A stretch of 64,000 nucleotides of DNA, taken from the NCBI RefSeq assembly GCF_009914755.1, contig NC_060941.1; one strand, written 5' to 3'. This document shows positions 43,652-59,189 of this stretch, one piece after another. Positions within the stretch are counted from its first letter, which is position 1; every line of letters begins with the position of its first letter. Under the pieces are notes generated by a model. That model saw only the letters and a program-made list of their open reading frames with translations. It was not told the DNA's origin and did no database searches. The DNA comes from the human T2T-CHM13v2.0 reference genome, Homo sapiens. Made by a program: the position numbers and the translations under genes.

Positions 43652-44397
43652 TCAAAGTAATTTCTATAAATTAAGTGCTATTACTATTAATAGGGTTATT
43701 CAGAGGAGATATACAAGGTATTCTCTACTATCAATACCTTACAAGGGTTACAGAAACCATATTTTATATAGGTTTGTGTATATATAGGAAATTATTAGAG
43801 AAGAGGGGTAAAGGCTAAACGATGAACTGATGCTACTTGGAAATAAGAATTATTAGTATGCTTCTCAGTTGGAATATCTAAAAGACAACTGGAGTAGGAA
43901 TAAGTATCATTCCAAAACACAGTCTGTTTATTTTCAACTAATGGTTTGGTGGGCTAATAGCAAAACAGCTTCACACATCGGGACTCTAAGAAATCATTAT
44001 TTTGTTTGTCTTTATTATAAGCCATGTGTGTATTTTTATCTCCCTTTGTTACCCTCAACTTGATCCAACAGTTATTTTTTATCACATCACTGACACACAA
44101 GAATACCTTAAGGACTATCTTTGAATTTCAACCTAAATAGTAGAGTCCCCTTCCCTGCTAGATTATACATTAACTCATGCAGTTGTGGAAGTAAAATTTA
44201 TTGATAAAAGAGCACATTTCAGATGTAGCTAGTCAGCCACTACTATCTGAATATCAATTTCCTTATTTAAGAGAGTAACAGTAAAGTTAGTCACAAGTAT
44301 TAAACAGTTAATTGTTGAACACCTGCCACTGAAGGCCTTCCTGGGGAATCTCTTGAAGCTTTTCTAAAACTTTAATCATACCAGTATGAAATAGAAT

Positions 44398-45757
44398 CTC
44401 AGGCTGACCAAGATGGCCAACTGGCTAGGGTGTACCACTTTCATGAAGAGAAATAGACAGGGTGAGTAAATATAGCACCTTCAACTGAAACATCCAGGTA
44501 CATGCATTGGGATTCATCAAGAAAACAACTCAACTCACAGAGAACAGAGAAAAGCAAGGCTGGATGACATCCCACCCAGGAATAACATGGAGCCAGGGAG
44601 CCTCCTTCATCCAGGGAAGTGGTGAGTGAGTGAGCAACCCTAGGGACCCGTGCTTTTCCCATGGATCTTTACAACCCTTCTGGACATAGGAACAGGAGAA
44701 ATTTTAGTGATGAAGATGGCACAAGCAGTTGCAACAAAAGCAAAAAATGACAAATTGGATCTAATTAAAGAGTTTGTGTACAGCAAAACAAACCACCAAC
44801 AGAGTAAACAGACAATCTACAGAATGGGAGAAAATGATTGAAAATGATACATCCGACAAAGGTCTAATATCCAACATCTATAAGGAACTTAAGCAAATTT
44901 ACAAAGAAAAGAAAAAAAAAACAAACCCATTAAAAAGTGGGCAAAGGACATGAACAGACACTTCTGAAGAAAAGACATACATGGGGCCAACAAGCATATG
45001 AGAAAAAGCTCAACATCACCAATCATTAGAGAAGTGCAAATCAAAACCACAATGAAATACCATCTCACATCAGTCAGAAAGGCTATTATTAAACATTCAA
45101 AAAATAACAGATGGTGACAAGGTTGTAGAGAAAGGTAATGCTTATACCCTGTTGGTGGGAGTGTAAATTAGTTCAATCATTGTGGAAAGCAGTTTAGCAA
45201 TTTCTTAAAGACCTAAAAACAGAACTACCATTGGACCCAGCAATCCCATTACTTCGTATATACCCAAAGAAATATAAATTGTTCAATAAAGATACATGCA
45301 TGTGTATATTCATTGAAGCACTATTCACAATATCAAAGTTGTGAAATGCACCTAAATTTCCATCAATGGCAGGTTGGATAAAGAAAATGTGGTACGTATA
45401 CACCATGGAATATTGTGAAGCCATAAAAAAGAACAAAATCATAGTCTTTGCAAGAATATGAATGGAACTAGAAGTCATTATCCTTAGCAAAGTTACACAG
45501 GAACAAAAAAACCAAATACCACATGTTCTCACTTATAAGTGGAAGCTAAATGATGAGAACACATGGACACAAAATGGGGAACCACAGATACTGGGGACTA
45601 CTGGATGGTGAAGACTGGCAGAAGGGAGAGGTTCAGAAAAAACAACAAAACTATTGCCTTCTAGGCTCAGTACTTGGGTGATGGAATAATCAGTACCACA
45701 AACTCCCATGACACGAGTACTTACATAACAAACCCACCTCTGAATCTTAAATAAAAG
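44398..45757 (+). mobile_element. Older L1PA: 5' UTR start fused to ORF2 3' end and 3' UTR
   Basis: CCAAGATGGCCAACT 5' terminus; junction near 44675 to TTCTGGACATAGGAAC...GCAACAAAAGC; ends CTGAATCTTAAATAAAAG. Confidence 0.85.
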
Positions 45758-45772
45758 TGTTTTAACTTTTAA

Positions 45773-45958
45773 ACTTTTGGTTTGACTCTGTCCCCAAACA
45801 AATATCATATCTAACTGTAATTCCCAGTGTTGGAGGAGGGACCTGATGGGAGGTGACTGGATCATGTGAGTGGGTTTCTCCCTAGCTGTTCTTGTGGTAG
45901 TGGGTGAGTTCTCAGGAGATCTGGTTGTTTAAAAATGTGTAGCACTTCTGCCTTTGCT

Positions 45959-45991
<33 letters not shown>

Positions 45992-46176
45992 CTGCTCCAC
46001 CATGGCAAGAGGTGCTTGCTTCCCCTTCACCTTCCATCATGATTGTAAGTTTCCTAAGGTCTCCCAGTCATGCTTCCTGTTAAGCTGCAGAACTGTGAGT
46101 CAATTAAACCTCTTTTCTTTACACATTATCCAGTCTCAGTTAGTTCTTTATAGCAGTGTGAGAACAGATTAATAAA
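45773..46176 (+). mobile_element. MSTA-like MaLR solo LTR with an internal (CT)n
   Basis: GGTTTGACTCTGTCCCC...TGTAATTCCCAGTGTTGGAGG...GTGAGTCAATTAAACCTCTTTTCTTT...GTGTGAGAACAG. Confidence 0.88.
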
Positions 46177-47010
46177 CTCTCATCTCTTATTATTTCTTCC
46201 AACAAATGTAGAAACCACTGCTCCAGTCTAGACTTCTCAGAGATCTCCTATTGTTAGTATCACTATTATTTTATAAAGCCATTTGAATCCTAGGTGGTTG
46301 ATAGGATGTTTATTCTAATTTCTTTCCCCCTGTAGATCTTCTAGGATTTCTAATTGGGTAGGATGGATTTATAATTTCTGTACTGGAAATTTTTCCATAA
46401 TTATGATAAAACCTGAAAAAGGTTGACTAACTTATTCTATTCCTATTTCCTCAAATCCCGCCAGTAACTTGTATTGTTGCTCAAGTTATCATTCTGAAAT
46501 GCCTATCTGGCCATGACCTTAAATGTGTTTATGTCTATTATTGTTTCAAGAGTATTAGTGGAAGTTCCTCACCTTAGCACAAATATCCATTCATAATGAA
46601 GTTCTTACCATTATCTCTAATTTCTTCCCTTCCACTTATTTTTCTTGCAGGCTTCATTTCAAACATATGTTGCTTTATGCCATTGTATCTTTATGCATTT
46701 TATTCCCTCTATGAAGAGTATTCGTTACTTCCTTTTCTACCATTTGACTTCCACTTAACTTTACAAAACACTTCACTCTGTTAAGTCTAAATTACGTGTT
46801 GCAAAAGCATCTTGTGAATTCCACAGAATGAAATACTTTTCACACCGTGCTTAAATGAATCATTAGGTTATTTGCTTGCATATTTCGTAAGGCCACAGAA
46901 CCCTGTGATTGGGAAATATATCTCAATTACAATTTTATCCTGCTTATTCAGAAATTAATCAAACTATAGCTTTATTTTGGTCAGATCTTGACTTTCACAC
47001 CTGCATATAA

Positions 47011-47554
<544 letters not shown>

Positions 47555-47574
47555 TCTATATCCATTTTTTAATA

Positions 47575-48580
47575 AGCAGCAACAGCATCCTCTCAATTTA
47601 CTTAGACAGAAATTTCAAAGTCATGCTTCACACTTCTGTGTCCTCACCACAGCCTACTCCTTGCCAAATTGTCACCCTTCATGTGTCCTTGGATCTCCAA
47701 ACTCAAGATCTGTGCATCCCCACTGCCATAGCTTTAGGACCAGGTGCTGACAATAATTCCTGAATTAATAATATTCTGAAAGCTGGATTCTCTGCTCTTA
47801 GATATACCTCCTCCAATCTCCTAAGAAGGATATTCTTAGGATATTTCATAAGACAACCAAAGTGATCTTCCTAAAGTACACATCTGATTGTATCCATGCT
47901 ATAGCCCCCAAATTTTGTGATGATCTTCTGTTGTCTTTCAAACAGAAAGTGTTCAAGTGGCTCACTGTGACTAGAAAGAGCATTTTCCACCTAAAACATA
48001 TTTACCTCTTCAGTTTTATTTTTATCTACTTTATGTATAAAACTATTAGCAAATCAAAATGAATTCCTTGCAGTTTTCCCAAATATGTTTTCTGTCACCT
48101 TTAAATATTTGTCTGTGCTGATGCATGTGCCTGCAAAGCTTTCTCTATCTCTCTTTGCTCCACTATCTACTATTCTTTATTCATACCTCAGTTAGATATC
48201 ACTCTTCTGGAAAGTTTACATGGCCACCTACTGTGTTATTTCCCTCAATAGTGGGGCAGAACACATTTGCGTTGGTTCACAAAGTAAAATATTCAAGAAC
48301 CTTGTGAACAGGTGTCAAATTACTGGTGGTTTGAAATCAGTCATGGTGGAAATGTTTACAGTGTGGAAATTAACAAACACTACACAAATCAGGTTTTTAA
48401 AAAATTCCCCCAAGAGCCAATTGACCAGTACAGTAGTGTATCTAATTAGAATGCAGCTGTTTCACTGCTTATCTTCATTGTAGCATTCCACATTTTATCT
48501 TGTAATTGTCTGTTTACTAGCTTGTCTTCCCATAAGTTGTAAGATAGTTAAGGATAGGGATAGTTCATTTTCTTTTCTTT
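47575..48580 (+). mobile_element. L2 3' region, interrupted by MER63
   Basis: CAACCAAAGTGATCTTCCTAAAGTACACATCTGAT; TGTTTACTAGCTTGTCTTCCC...TGTAAG. Confidence 0.6.
48250..48435 (+). mobile_element. MER63 (hAT-Blackjack) fragment
   Basis: GGTGGTTTGAAATCAGTCATGGTGGAAATGTTTACAGTGTGGAAATT...CAAATCAGG. Confidence 0.6.
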
Positions 48581-48585
48581 TGTTG

Positions 48586-49151
48586 TGTTATTAGGTGTAA
48601 TGCCTATGTGACATACCTGAATTTCTACCCTGTCCTAACTCTGCTTATCTTTTAGAAACAGGACTTCTGTGATCAAAAGTTTCCTTTGTAACCAGGCCAC
48701 CTGAGACTAGTTAGAACCAAGATAGCCAACCGTTGACTTCAAACGGACCTCAGGCTTCATTATAATGTAATTTCCATGTTAAATGACACTCCTACCAGTG
48801 CCAGGATAGTTAACAATTGGCATAATAATGACTGTAAGGAGCCACAAAAAGACAAAAAGGAGGGCAGCACTCTGGTTCTGAGAAGTTTACAGCCCATTTC
48901 CAGAAAAGCCACGAATATTCCTCGCCTTGCTTTTAATATTCAACATTTTCTTTAGAGGCATTCTGTATTTTAATCCTCTCATTTTTCATTTGTTGAGAAG
49001 TTGATTTGTGAGCCATTCTCCCATTTTCAGTTCCATGGCAATCAAATAAAGCTTGCACTGTTTGACACTTACTTTCAGTTTCATGTGTTGGCTTCATGAC
49101 ACTGACCAGGGAAAGACCTCATCTTTGGGGAAACCAGCTTTATTGGTAACA
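48586..49151 (+). mobile_element. ERV1 solo LTR of the MER41/MER4 group
   Basis: TGTTA...TAACA termini; CATTATAAT...ATGTTAAATGACACTCCTACCAGTGCCAGGATAGTT resembles the MER41 core; AATAAA near 49046. Confidence 0.65.
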
Positions 49152-50249
49152 TTATCACTATCATCGTGCACATAGTAGATCCCAAATTATAATGGGCGTT
49201 AAATGAGCTTTGTAGATACAATAACAGAAAAAAAGGATTACCTTCTAATATGGTACTTTGGAGCTTATGGTTTTGTTCTAGTTTTAAAAGAGCTTTACCT
49301 TACAAAGCTGGGAGCAGAAAGACAGCTTCAGTGAGAGTCCTGTGGCATGTCAGTACTCCTTGGCTGTCACTTTGGATGACCAAAAGAATGTAGCACAATG
49401 TGAGCTCTTTAAACTTTGTACAGTATAATTATTATTCCCAAAACAAGTATTACTTTTTTAAATTCAATTCATCTTCCTAATTTTAGGTAATTATTAGGGG
49501 CATTAAAACCTAGAAAAACCCACCACAACAGTATAGGAGTTCAGAAATCAATGTCATAAAACGTGAGTTCACATTATTAAAGGCTAATGAGATGACTGGG
49601 GTGAATCCTCTGTAGAGGACAGAAGCTCATCACATATTTCCATATTCATCTTATCTCAAAGCATGTTAGTATGAGGTCACACTATATAGGAAAGTGAACA
49701 GAACTTTGCTAGACTAAAGTAGATTATTCTTTACTCCAATCCCAGTGGCAGTGTATTTATTTTATATCTAAGCAGTTGCTATTTAATAAATGTAGGAAAA
49801 TTTTAATTGGATGTCATTTTGCACAGAAGAGTGAACTCTGTGATTCAGGTTGTAGTTTGACAAGTGGTAAGTAAATATGAGTGAGAGTAAGCTGTCAAGT
49901 ATCTTCTTACTACATTCTTCATATCAGTAAAGTGGAACAAAGTATGATGTTTTTAAAAAACCATTCTTTATATACATTTAATTTAGAATGCCATCTTAGC
50001 CTTGTGGACCTCATTCTGAGCATCAAGGAAATCTGCTTTTTTGGCTATTTTATTTAGTATTAAATATATTAAATATATATTTTGGGTCATTTTACCATAT
50101 AAAAAGAAATTGCTTTGTCTAAGAAATGTAATACTTTTTCATCTATGCTTGTATCTTAAGTACATATGTCAAAATCCAAAGCATATTTTTTCTGTAGCTA
50201 AAATGTTTTAAATATTGCAACAAAACAAATTAAACCATTCTATTTTCAA

Positions 50250-53122
<2,873 letters not shown>

Positions 53123-53694
53123 AAGGCAGAAGTTTAATGAAGCTTGAGCTGCAACATCTCACTCTGCTGGGGCTTTTTTCAAGGATGCCAGGAGGAAGCA
53201 GCAGCCATAGCCTTGAGCTTGTGCATGAAGCCCTGCCCTGGTTTAGGGGCCACCTTCTGAGACCTGGGGACCAGGGGCTTCTTGTGGTGCAAGTGGAATA
53301 CCAACGCAAACCCCACTTACTCCACCCTGTGCCCATGATGAAGACCATCAGCTCTCTTGGTTCTCAAGACTTTGAATCAGCCTGAAGTACATCACTGGCT
53401 TTTATGGTTCATAGAAAACATATTATAGGAGCTTCTGGCCTCTATAACTGTGTGAACCAACTCCCATAATAAATCTGCTTTTATATATATCTCTCATATA
53501 TCATAATAAATCTCACTATATATACATATCTCTCATATATATGTATATCTCATATAAATATATATGTATATCTCATATAAATATATTTGAGAGAGAGATA
53601 TATATATAGTGAGATTTATTATGATATATGTGAGAGATATATATATCTACACACACCAGTTGGTCTGCTTCTCTGGAGAACTCTGACTAATACG
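53123..53694 (+). mobile_element. MLT2 (ERVL) LTR, 3' part
   Basis: CTTGAGCTGCAACATC; CCATCAGCTCTCTTGGTTCTCA; CCCATAATAAATCT; ends CTCTGGAGAACTCTGACTAATAC. Confidence 0.75.
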
Positions 53695-54499
53695 TGGGCC
53701 AATAATTAAATCAAAAAGTACTGCCCTAACTATAGTGACAACAGTATTTGAAAATAGATTTTTCTATTTCGATTTATGTTGCTTTGCAATGGGCTGCAGT
53801 GCTCAGCCCAGGATTCCCAGAATTTAAAAACTTAACTGGTCCATCTTGGTATCTGCTTTTGAAACAACAGGCTTGGGTATATATTGTCCAATATAGCAGG
53901 CCTCATGTGCTCCTTAAACCAGGGCTACTTCAAATAGAGTTGCCCTTTACAGTTGGATAATGGTTAACTTTAAATAGCAAGATGTATCTAGCAAGAGGGT
54001 TTCTGAAAACCCCTGGGTTTCTTTCTTATATTGTCCTCTATTTCCTAAATTTCATTTTTTAACTTACTTTAGCTTGGAGACAGAGTTTGTTGTTTTTGTT
54101 TAGTTGTTTTATAATCCAACAGTCTGCAAGATTTTATCACTTGCTCAATGTTAACTGCAGATTGAAGGAATCTTCATAGCAACTCACAGTGTGTTTACCT
54201 CTTTGCTTCCCAACAGATTACCTTAGACTGTAACTTTCTCTGTTTTTGGTAGCATTTATAAAAAGATATTACAGAAAGACACCCACGTTCTGAAACATTT
54301 TACCAAACCTTAACTCTTCAGTTTTGATGGACACATGATCTGATTTCACAAAAATAGCAGGTGACAGTTTAACCATCTGTTTCTCCTCAAGTACAATAAT
54401 ACCTTCTTAATCTGGACAAAGGACTCACTGCACTTCTCAATTTAGCCACTTTCGTTTCTAGATCTATTATTGGAGACATATGATTTCCAGATACTAATT

Positions 54500-54900
54500 G
54501 TTCAATTAATCAGGAGACTTTAAATTGCAATTTACAGAAATCAACTCAATGTAGCTTAAGTAAAGTAGAACTTCCTTGAGCTTTGTTATTGAAAGATCCT
54601 GAGACAGATTTTCTTCAGGCATAGCAGGATCAAGGCTCTGTCAGTTTCATCAATGCAGTTTGCTTTTCGCAGAATTAGTTTCATTTCCCGGGAGTATTTT
54701 TTTGTCTAAGTGGTGGGAGTGATTGCCATCTGTAGCTCCCTGCTTATATATATTTTTTTCTATGGCTTAAACTCTCAGGAAAAGTAGAGTGGCTTTCCCA
54801 CTAATATTCATGAAAGTCCTGAGGAAGATGCTAACTTGTGTTCATCCCTGAACTATTAATCTCTTTAGAGGAAGGTAAGATTCAGAGTATTCAGGCTGCC
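54500..54900 (-). mobile_element. Old MaLR LTR (MLT1J/K-like)
   Basis: TTGCAATTTACAGAAATCAACTCAATGTAGCTTAAG...CTTCAGGCATAGCAGGATCAAGGCTC. Confidence 0.55.
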
Positions 54901-55035
54901 ATAGTGGGGCACAGATGAGGATTCGGTTTAGTTCTATCTAAAAAAAAGTATTTTGTAGAATTATGAAATTGTGGAAACATTGGCTCATAGATAGAAGGAA
55001 TATAGGCAAAAAAATAAACATATAAAAAAATGGGA

Positions 55036-55172
55036 CAAAGGAAGAAAGAAGAAAAAGAAAGAAAGAGGAAGAAAGGAAGAAAGGAAAGAAAGAAGAAAGA
55101 AAAGAAATAGAAAAAAGGAAGGAAAAGAAAAGAAAGAAAGAGATGGAAAGAAAAAATAACAGGAAGGAAGGA
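55036..55172. repeat. GA-rich low-complexity tract
   Basis: Read directly from the sequence. Confidence 0.85.
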
Positions 55173-55374
55173 ATGAACTTAACATCTAATAAATACTAAA
55201 GCTAGAATGCAACACATCTACAATTCTTACACATTTTAATACATTATAAATTCTAGCTTGTGTGTATTACTTTTTAAATAGTAATGTTTACACTCAGATC
55301 CTCGTTGCTCAGGCCTGTGATTTAATTCATGGACAAGTATTATGTTTTTAACCTAAAAAGCATATTCATTAACC

Positions 55375-55520
55375 TAAGCGTAAGCCACTTTAATCTTTGA
55401 TACTCAAATACCTTATCTACAAAATAGGATTAACAATGTTTTGCAGAGTTATTGTGAGAATGAAATGTAACAATATGAGATAGAATTAAGCATTAGAAGA
55501 CAGTTAATAATTACTAATTA
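55375..55520 (+). mobile_element. MIR fragment
   Basis: AAGCCACTTTAATCTTTG...CCTTATCTACAAAATAGGAT...AGAGTTATTGTGAGAATGAAATG. Confidence 0.65.
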
Positions 55521-57004
55521 TGTTTAAGTCTGTACTTGAATGCTGGGTCAGCTCATAAATTTTCAAGTTACTGGATGAAGAGTCTAACATCATGGTAAGG
55601 GTCATATTGTGTCTAAGGTAGAGATATAGATAAGAAGGCATAACATTTTGAAAAAGTGAGAAAATTATAAGCTATTGAATGTAGATAATCATAAAGATGG
55701 CCTGAGGATTAACATTTTGAGGTACAATATCGAGGAAAAAGGATGCTCCTTTAATTGAGGCTAGCAGATGAATGCTAACATCTATATTTTCTATGTAAGA
55801 TGAATCTATTTTAAAGTCCATTTCTTTTCCAATAATCTAATTTTATTATATATTAACTATAATTTACAGATTTTTAGCATCTAGACCGCAATATCTTAAA
55901 AAATAAAAATGTAAGATAAAACAGAAATAATGTACAAATAAAACAAATATTAGATGGAATAAATTTTTGTATTAAGGCATTTCTCATTTCTCAAACAATA
56001 TCCCTCATGAGACGTATGCATGACTGAGCAATAAAATGAGAATCAATTAACAAGCACTTAGTTTCCATGAAAAACGCTCCTTTCCCCCTTGGTTTCTATC
56101 TCTGCCAATATCCCTCCAGCAAATCCAGTTTGCACCTACAAAAAACATACTGCTTTTCATGTATGGTTTCAAAAGGAAAGTGAGCTTGACAAAGCTAAGA
56201 AAATAAAACAAACAAGACAGGAAGTTTTTAATATTTTTAAAAGCTAAAGATATATAGGTTACTTATTTGTAAATATTCTTAGTTCAATACCCATACTTAT
56301 TAACAGTATCACTCCAGTCATAATCATACCTAAATGTCTCCATATACTTCAGGAATGTTATTGTATCCCTGACCTGTAGTGGTAATTTCTAACCTTTTAT
56401 TTCTGTCTCTCTGCAAATTAATTAATATTTGATTAATTAGTATGTTTCCTAAGGGGGAGCCATGCAATATGTTGATCTATTAACAGATATTATGGTTTCT
56501 CCTTAGGCTTCTGATGCAAACATTTGTTTAAGGTGAGGTTTACACATATTTAATTTTAAACCATTTTCTAGTTACTTTTTGTGTAATTGTAATAATATAT
56601 ACCCTTTACAAAAATGAGAAATACATAAAAATGTTCAAGCATGCAAAATTAATCTGTAATACTTTTCCCTGGAGAGAATTATACCTGTTTTCATATTTTA
56701 TTGCCATGGCTAGAAATTACTTCTCAAGAAGCATATTAATATATATATTTGCATTATAAGTTTGATATATTTGTAATATATAAAATTTCAGATGGTAATA
56801 ATTTCCTCTAAAAGATATCTATGCATACTTTTGCCATATTAATTACTATTTAAGTTAACTGTAAATATGTTCGATTCTTTAAATTCTTCATATATATTAG
56901 TATGGTGTTTGTTTAGCCATTACAAAAAGCATCTTTTTTTATAGCTTCTGGCAAGAATGCCTTGTCATATGCTAGTCTAAAACAGAATCTCCAGAAAGAC
57001 TGCA

Positions 57005-57230
57005 ATAGTACCATGGAAAAGTCATGGCTCTTGAAGCCAGGAAACTTGGAGTCAGAGCCCCTTAGGTATCACTTAATGTATGTATATGAGAAAGCTGATA
57101 GAACACTTTGAGCCTCATTTATCCACATATTTAAAATGTGCTTTATATAATATCATTTGTCTTGAGTAATAACTGTAACAATATACATAAAGCACCTGTC
57201 ACATAATTCATTCTGAATAAATATTAGTTT
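57005..57230 (+). mobile_element. MIR
   Basis: GGCTCTTGAAGCCAG...TTTGAGCCTCATTTATCCACATATTTAAAATG...ACATAAAGCACCTG. Confidence 0.6.
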
Positions 57231-57366
57231 CATCTTTATTTTAAAAAGATTTTAAGCTATAAGAAAACTTGAGTGAAATTCATGAGCTTAAGAAATTGTT
57301 ACTGATTTTTTTAGAGTACTTTATATCAATATTTTCCTTTATACATATACAAAGAGAGGGACTTTT

Positions 57367-57590
57367 ATGAATTAGGGTTTTCCAGAAAAACAGAACTATT
57401 AGGAGATATATAGGTTTGTGTGTGTGTATGTGTGTGTAGAGGGGTGGGGGGGAAGAAGAGGGAGAGAGAGAGAATTATTTAAGTATTTGTCCACCAAAAC
57501 ACCTTCAGAAAACACATCCAGAATAATGCTTGACCAAATATCTGGGCACCCCATAGCCCATTCAAGTTTGCACATAAATTTAACTACCAC
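57367..57590 (-). mobile_element. MLT2 LTR with both ends present and the middle deleted
   Basis: TTAGGGTTTTCCAGAAAAACAGAAC at one end; CCAAATATCTGGGCACCCCATAGCCC...CACATAAATTTAACTACCACA at the other. Confidence 0.75.
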
Positions 57591-58864
57591 AGGATTAATA
57601 ATGGCATGATTACTTTTCACAATAAACAGTTTGGTATGATTTCTGATAATTTCTAACTATAGAAATGGCCTTTTAAACATAGAGCATTTCCTTGAAAATT
57701 AATTGCTATGCTAGAATTAATGGCCCACAACAATGAACTTTCTGAGACAAGCATTACTCTGCCTTGATTATTATTGCTTAATTACTAACTAAAGGCTCCT
57801 CCTTGTTATAAAAGTTGAATACCTCAGCTCAAACTCTTCCAGTTTAAAATGTTTGTTCATGAGTCTTCTGGGCATGTAAGAAACTGGTTTTGAGAAAAAG
57901 AAGATAATTAAAGATAATCACATGTATAAAAACTAATACTAATATTTTAAAATTAATATTATGTTGATACCATGTAGGTTTAAGAAATAAATAATTTTAA
58001 CATATTATTCACCATTTTTCTATGTAGCTATAAGAAAATTTTTCCAATCTCTCTAATAGAATTCCAATATTCTTTTCTAAATGGTGAAATGTACCAGTTA
58101 ATGCAATTATTCCAAAATATTTTACCTTGACATTTCCCCTCTGGAGTTCTTTATTCTTCTGCTGCAAACTCAGTTGGTTGTTTGCTAAATACATAGCTCA
58201 GTGCAACATGATATTCTTCTTCATAATTGTACTTGGAATTCTCTTTACATTTCCCACCTATCAGAGTTCTTGTTTGCTGAATATCTGTAGGATAAATACC
58301 TTTATATTCAGAACAAAACCTTTCTTTTGCCCCAAGTCTTACATCATGGAAATGTTTACCTTGATTGATAATTTCTCTGGGTACAGAATCATAAGTCAGC
58401 AAATTTTTTTTTCTGGAAATCCCAAGACATGATTGATTTATTATGAGTTTGCATACTGCCATTAAGAGGATCAGTACAGTTTTTGTAGAGATTTATTTAT
58501 ATGTACCAAACTTTGTTTGCTTATCTTTTTGTTTTAATTTTTTTCACATGGAAGACTTTATATCTTCTCTTTCTTCCCTTTGTTCTAAAATGTCACTATG
58601 GTGTGTCTTGCTGTTATATTTCAATACAGAAACTTGGGTCTTTCAGTTTTGGAAAATACGCTTATATTATTTCTTAAGTTAGCTCTCTTTGTTTAACACT
58701 TTCTTTTTTTTCTGAAATTAATTTATAGTGAGTTTTGGACTCTATTGATTCCTAATTTTCTTTGTTTCTTCTATCACCCTTCTCATTGACTTGTCTTAAC
58801 TTTTTATTTCTTTATTATTTATACCAATTTTCTATTAAAGATTTGATTTTCCATTTCCAGCCTC

Positions 58865-58990
58865 TTTTTTTTTTTTTTCAGTAGAGACGTCTTCCTGTGT
58901 TGCCCAGGCTGATCTTAAACTCCTAGACTCAAACAGTCCTCCCAACCTGGCCTCTCAAAGTGCTGGGATTGTAGACCTGAGCCACTTCAC
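58865..58990 (-). mobile_element. Free left Alu monomer (FLAM-like)
   Basis: Poly-T then AGTAGAGAC...GTTGCCCAGGCTG...CAAAGTGCTGGGATT...TGAGCCAC; one arm only. Confidence 0.85.
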
Positions 58991-59189
58991 TATTTTTAAA
59001 TTACATTCATTAAGTTATAAATTATATTCATTGTAATTTACATTGCATGTGCACCATTCTGTGAGTTTAGAGAAATAATTCAATTGTGTAATCATTACCT
59101 CATCAAAAGATAGAATATTGCCATCATTTCAAAAAGTTTTCTTGTGCCCCTTTGTTGTCAATCTGTTCTTCCTACCCACTAATCTAATT

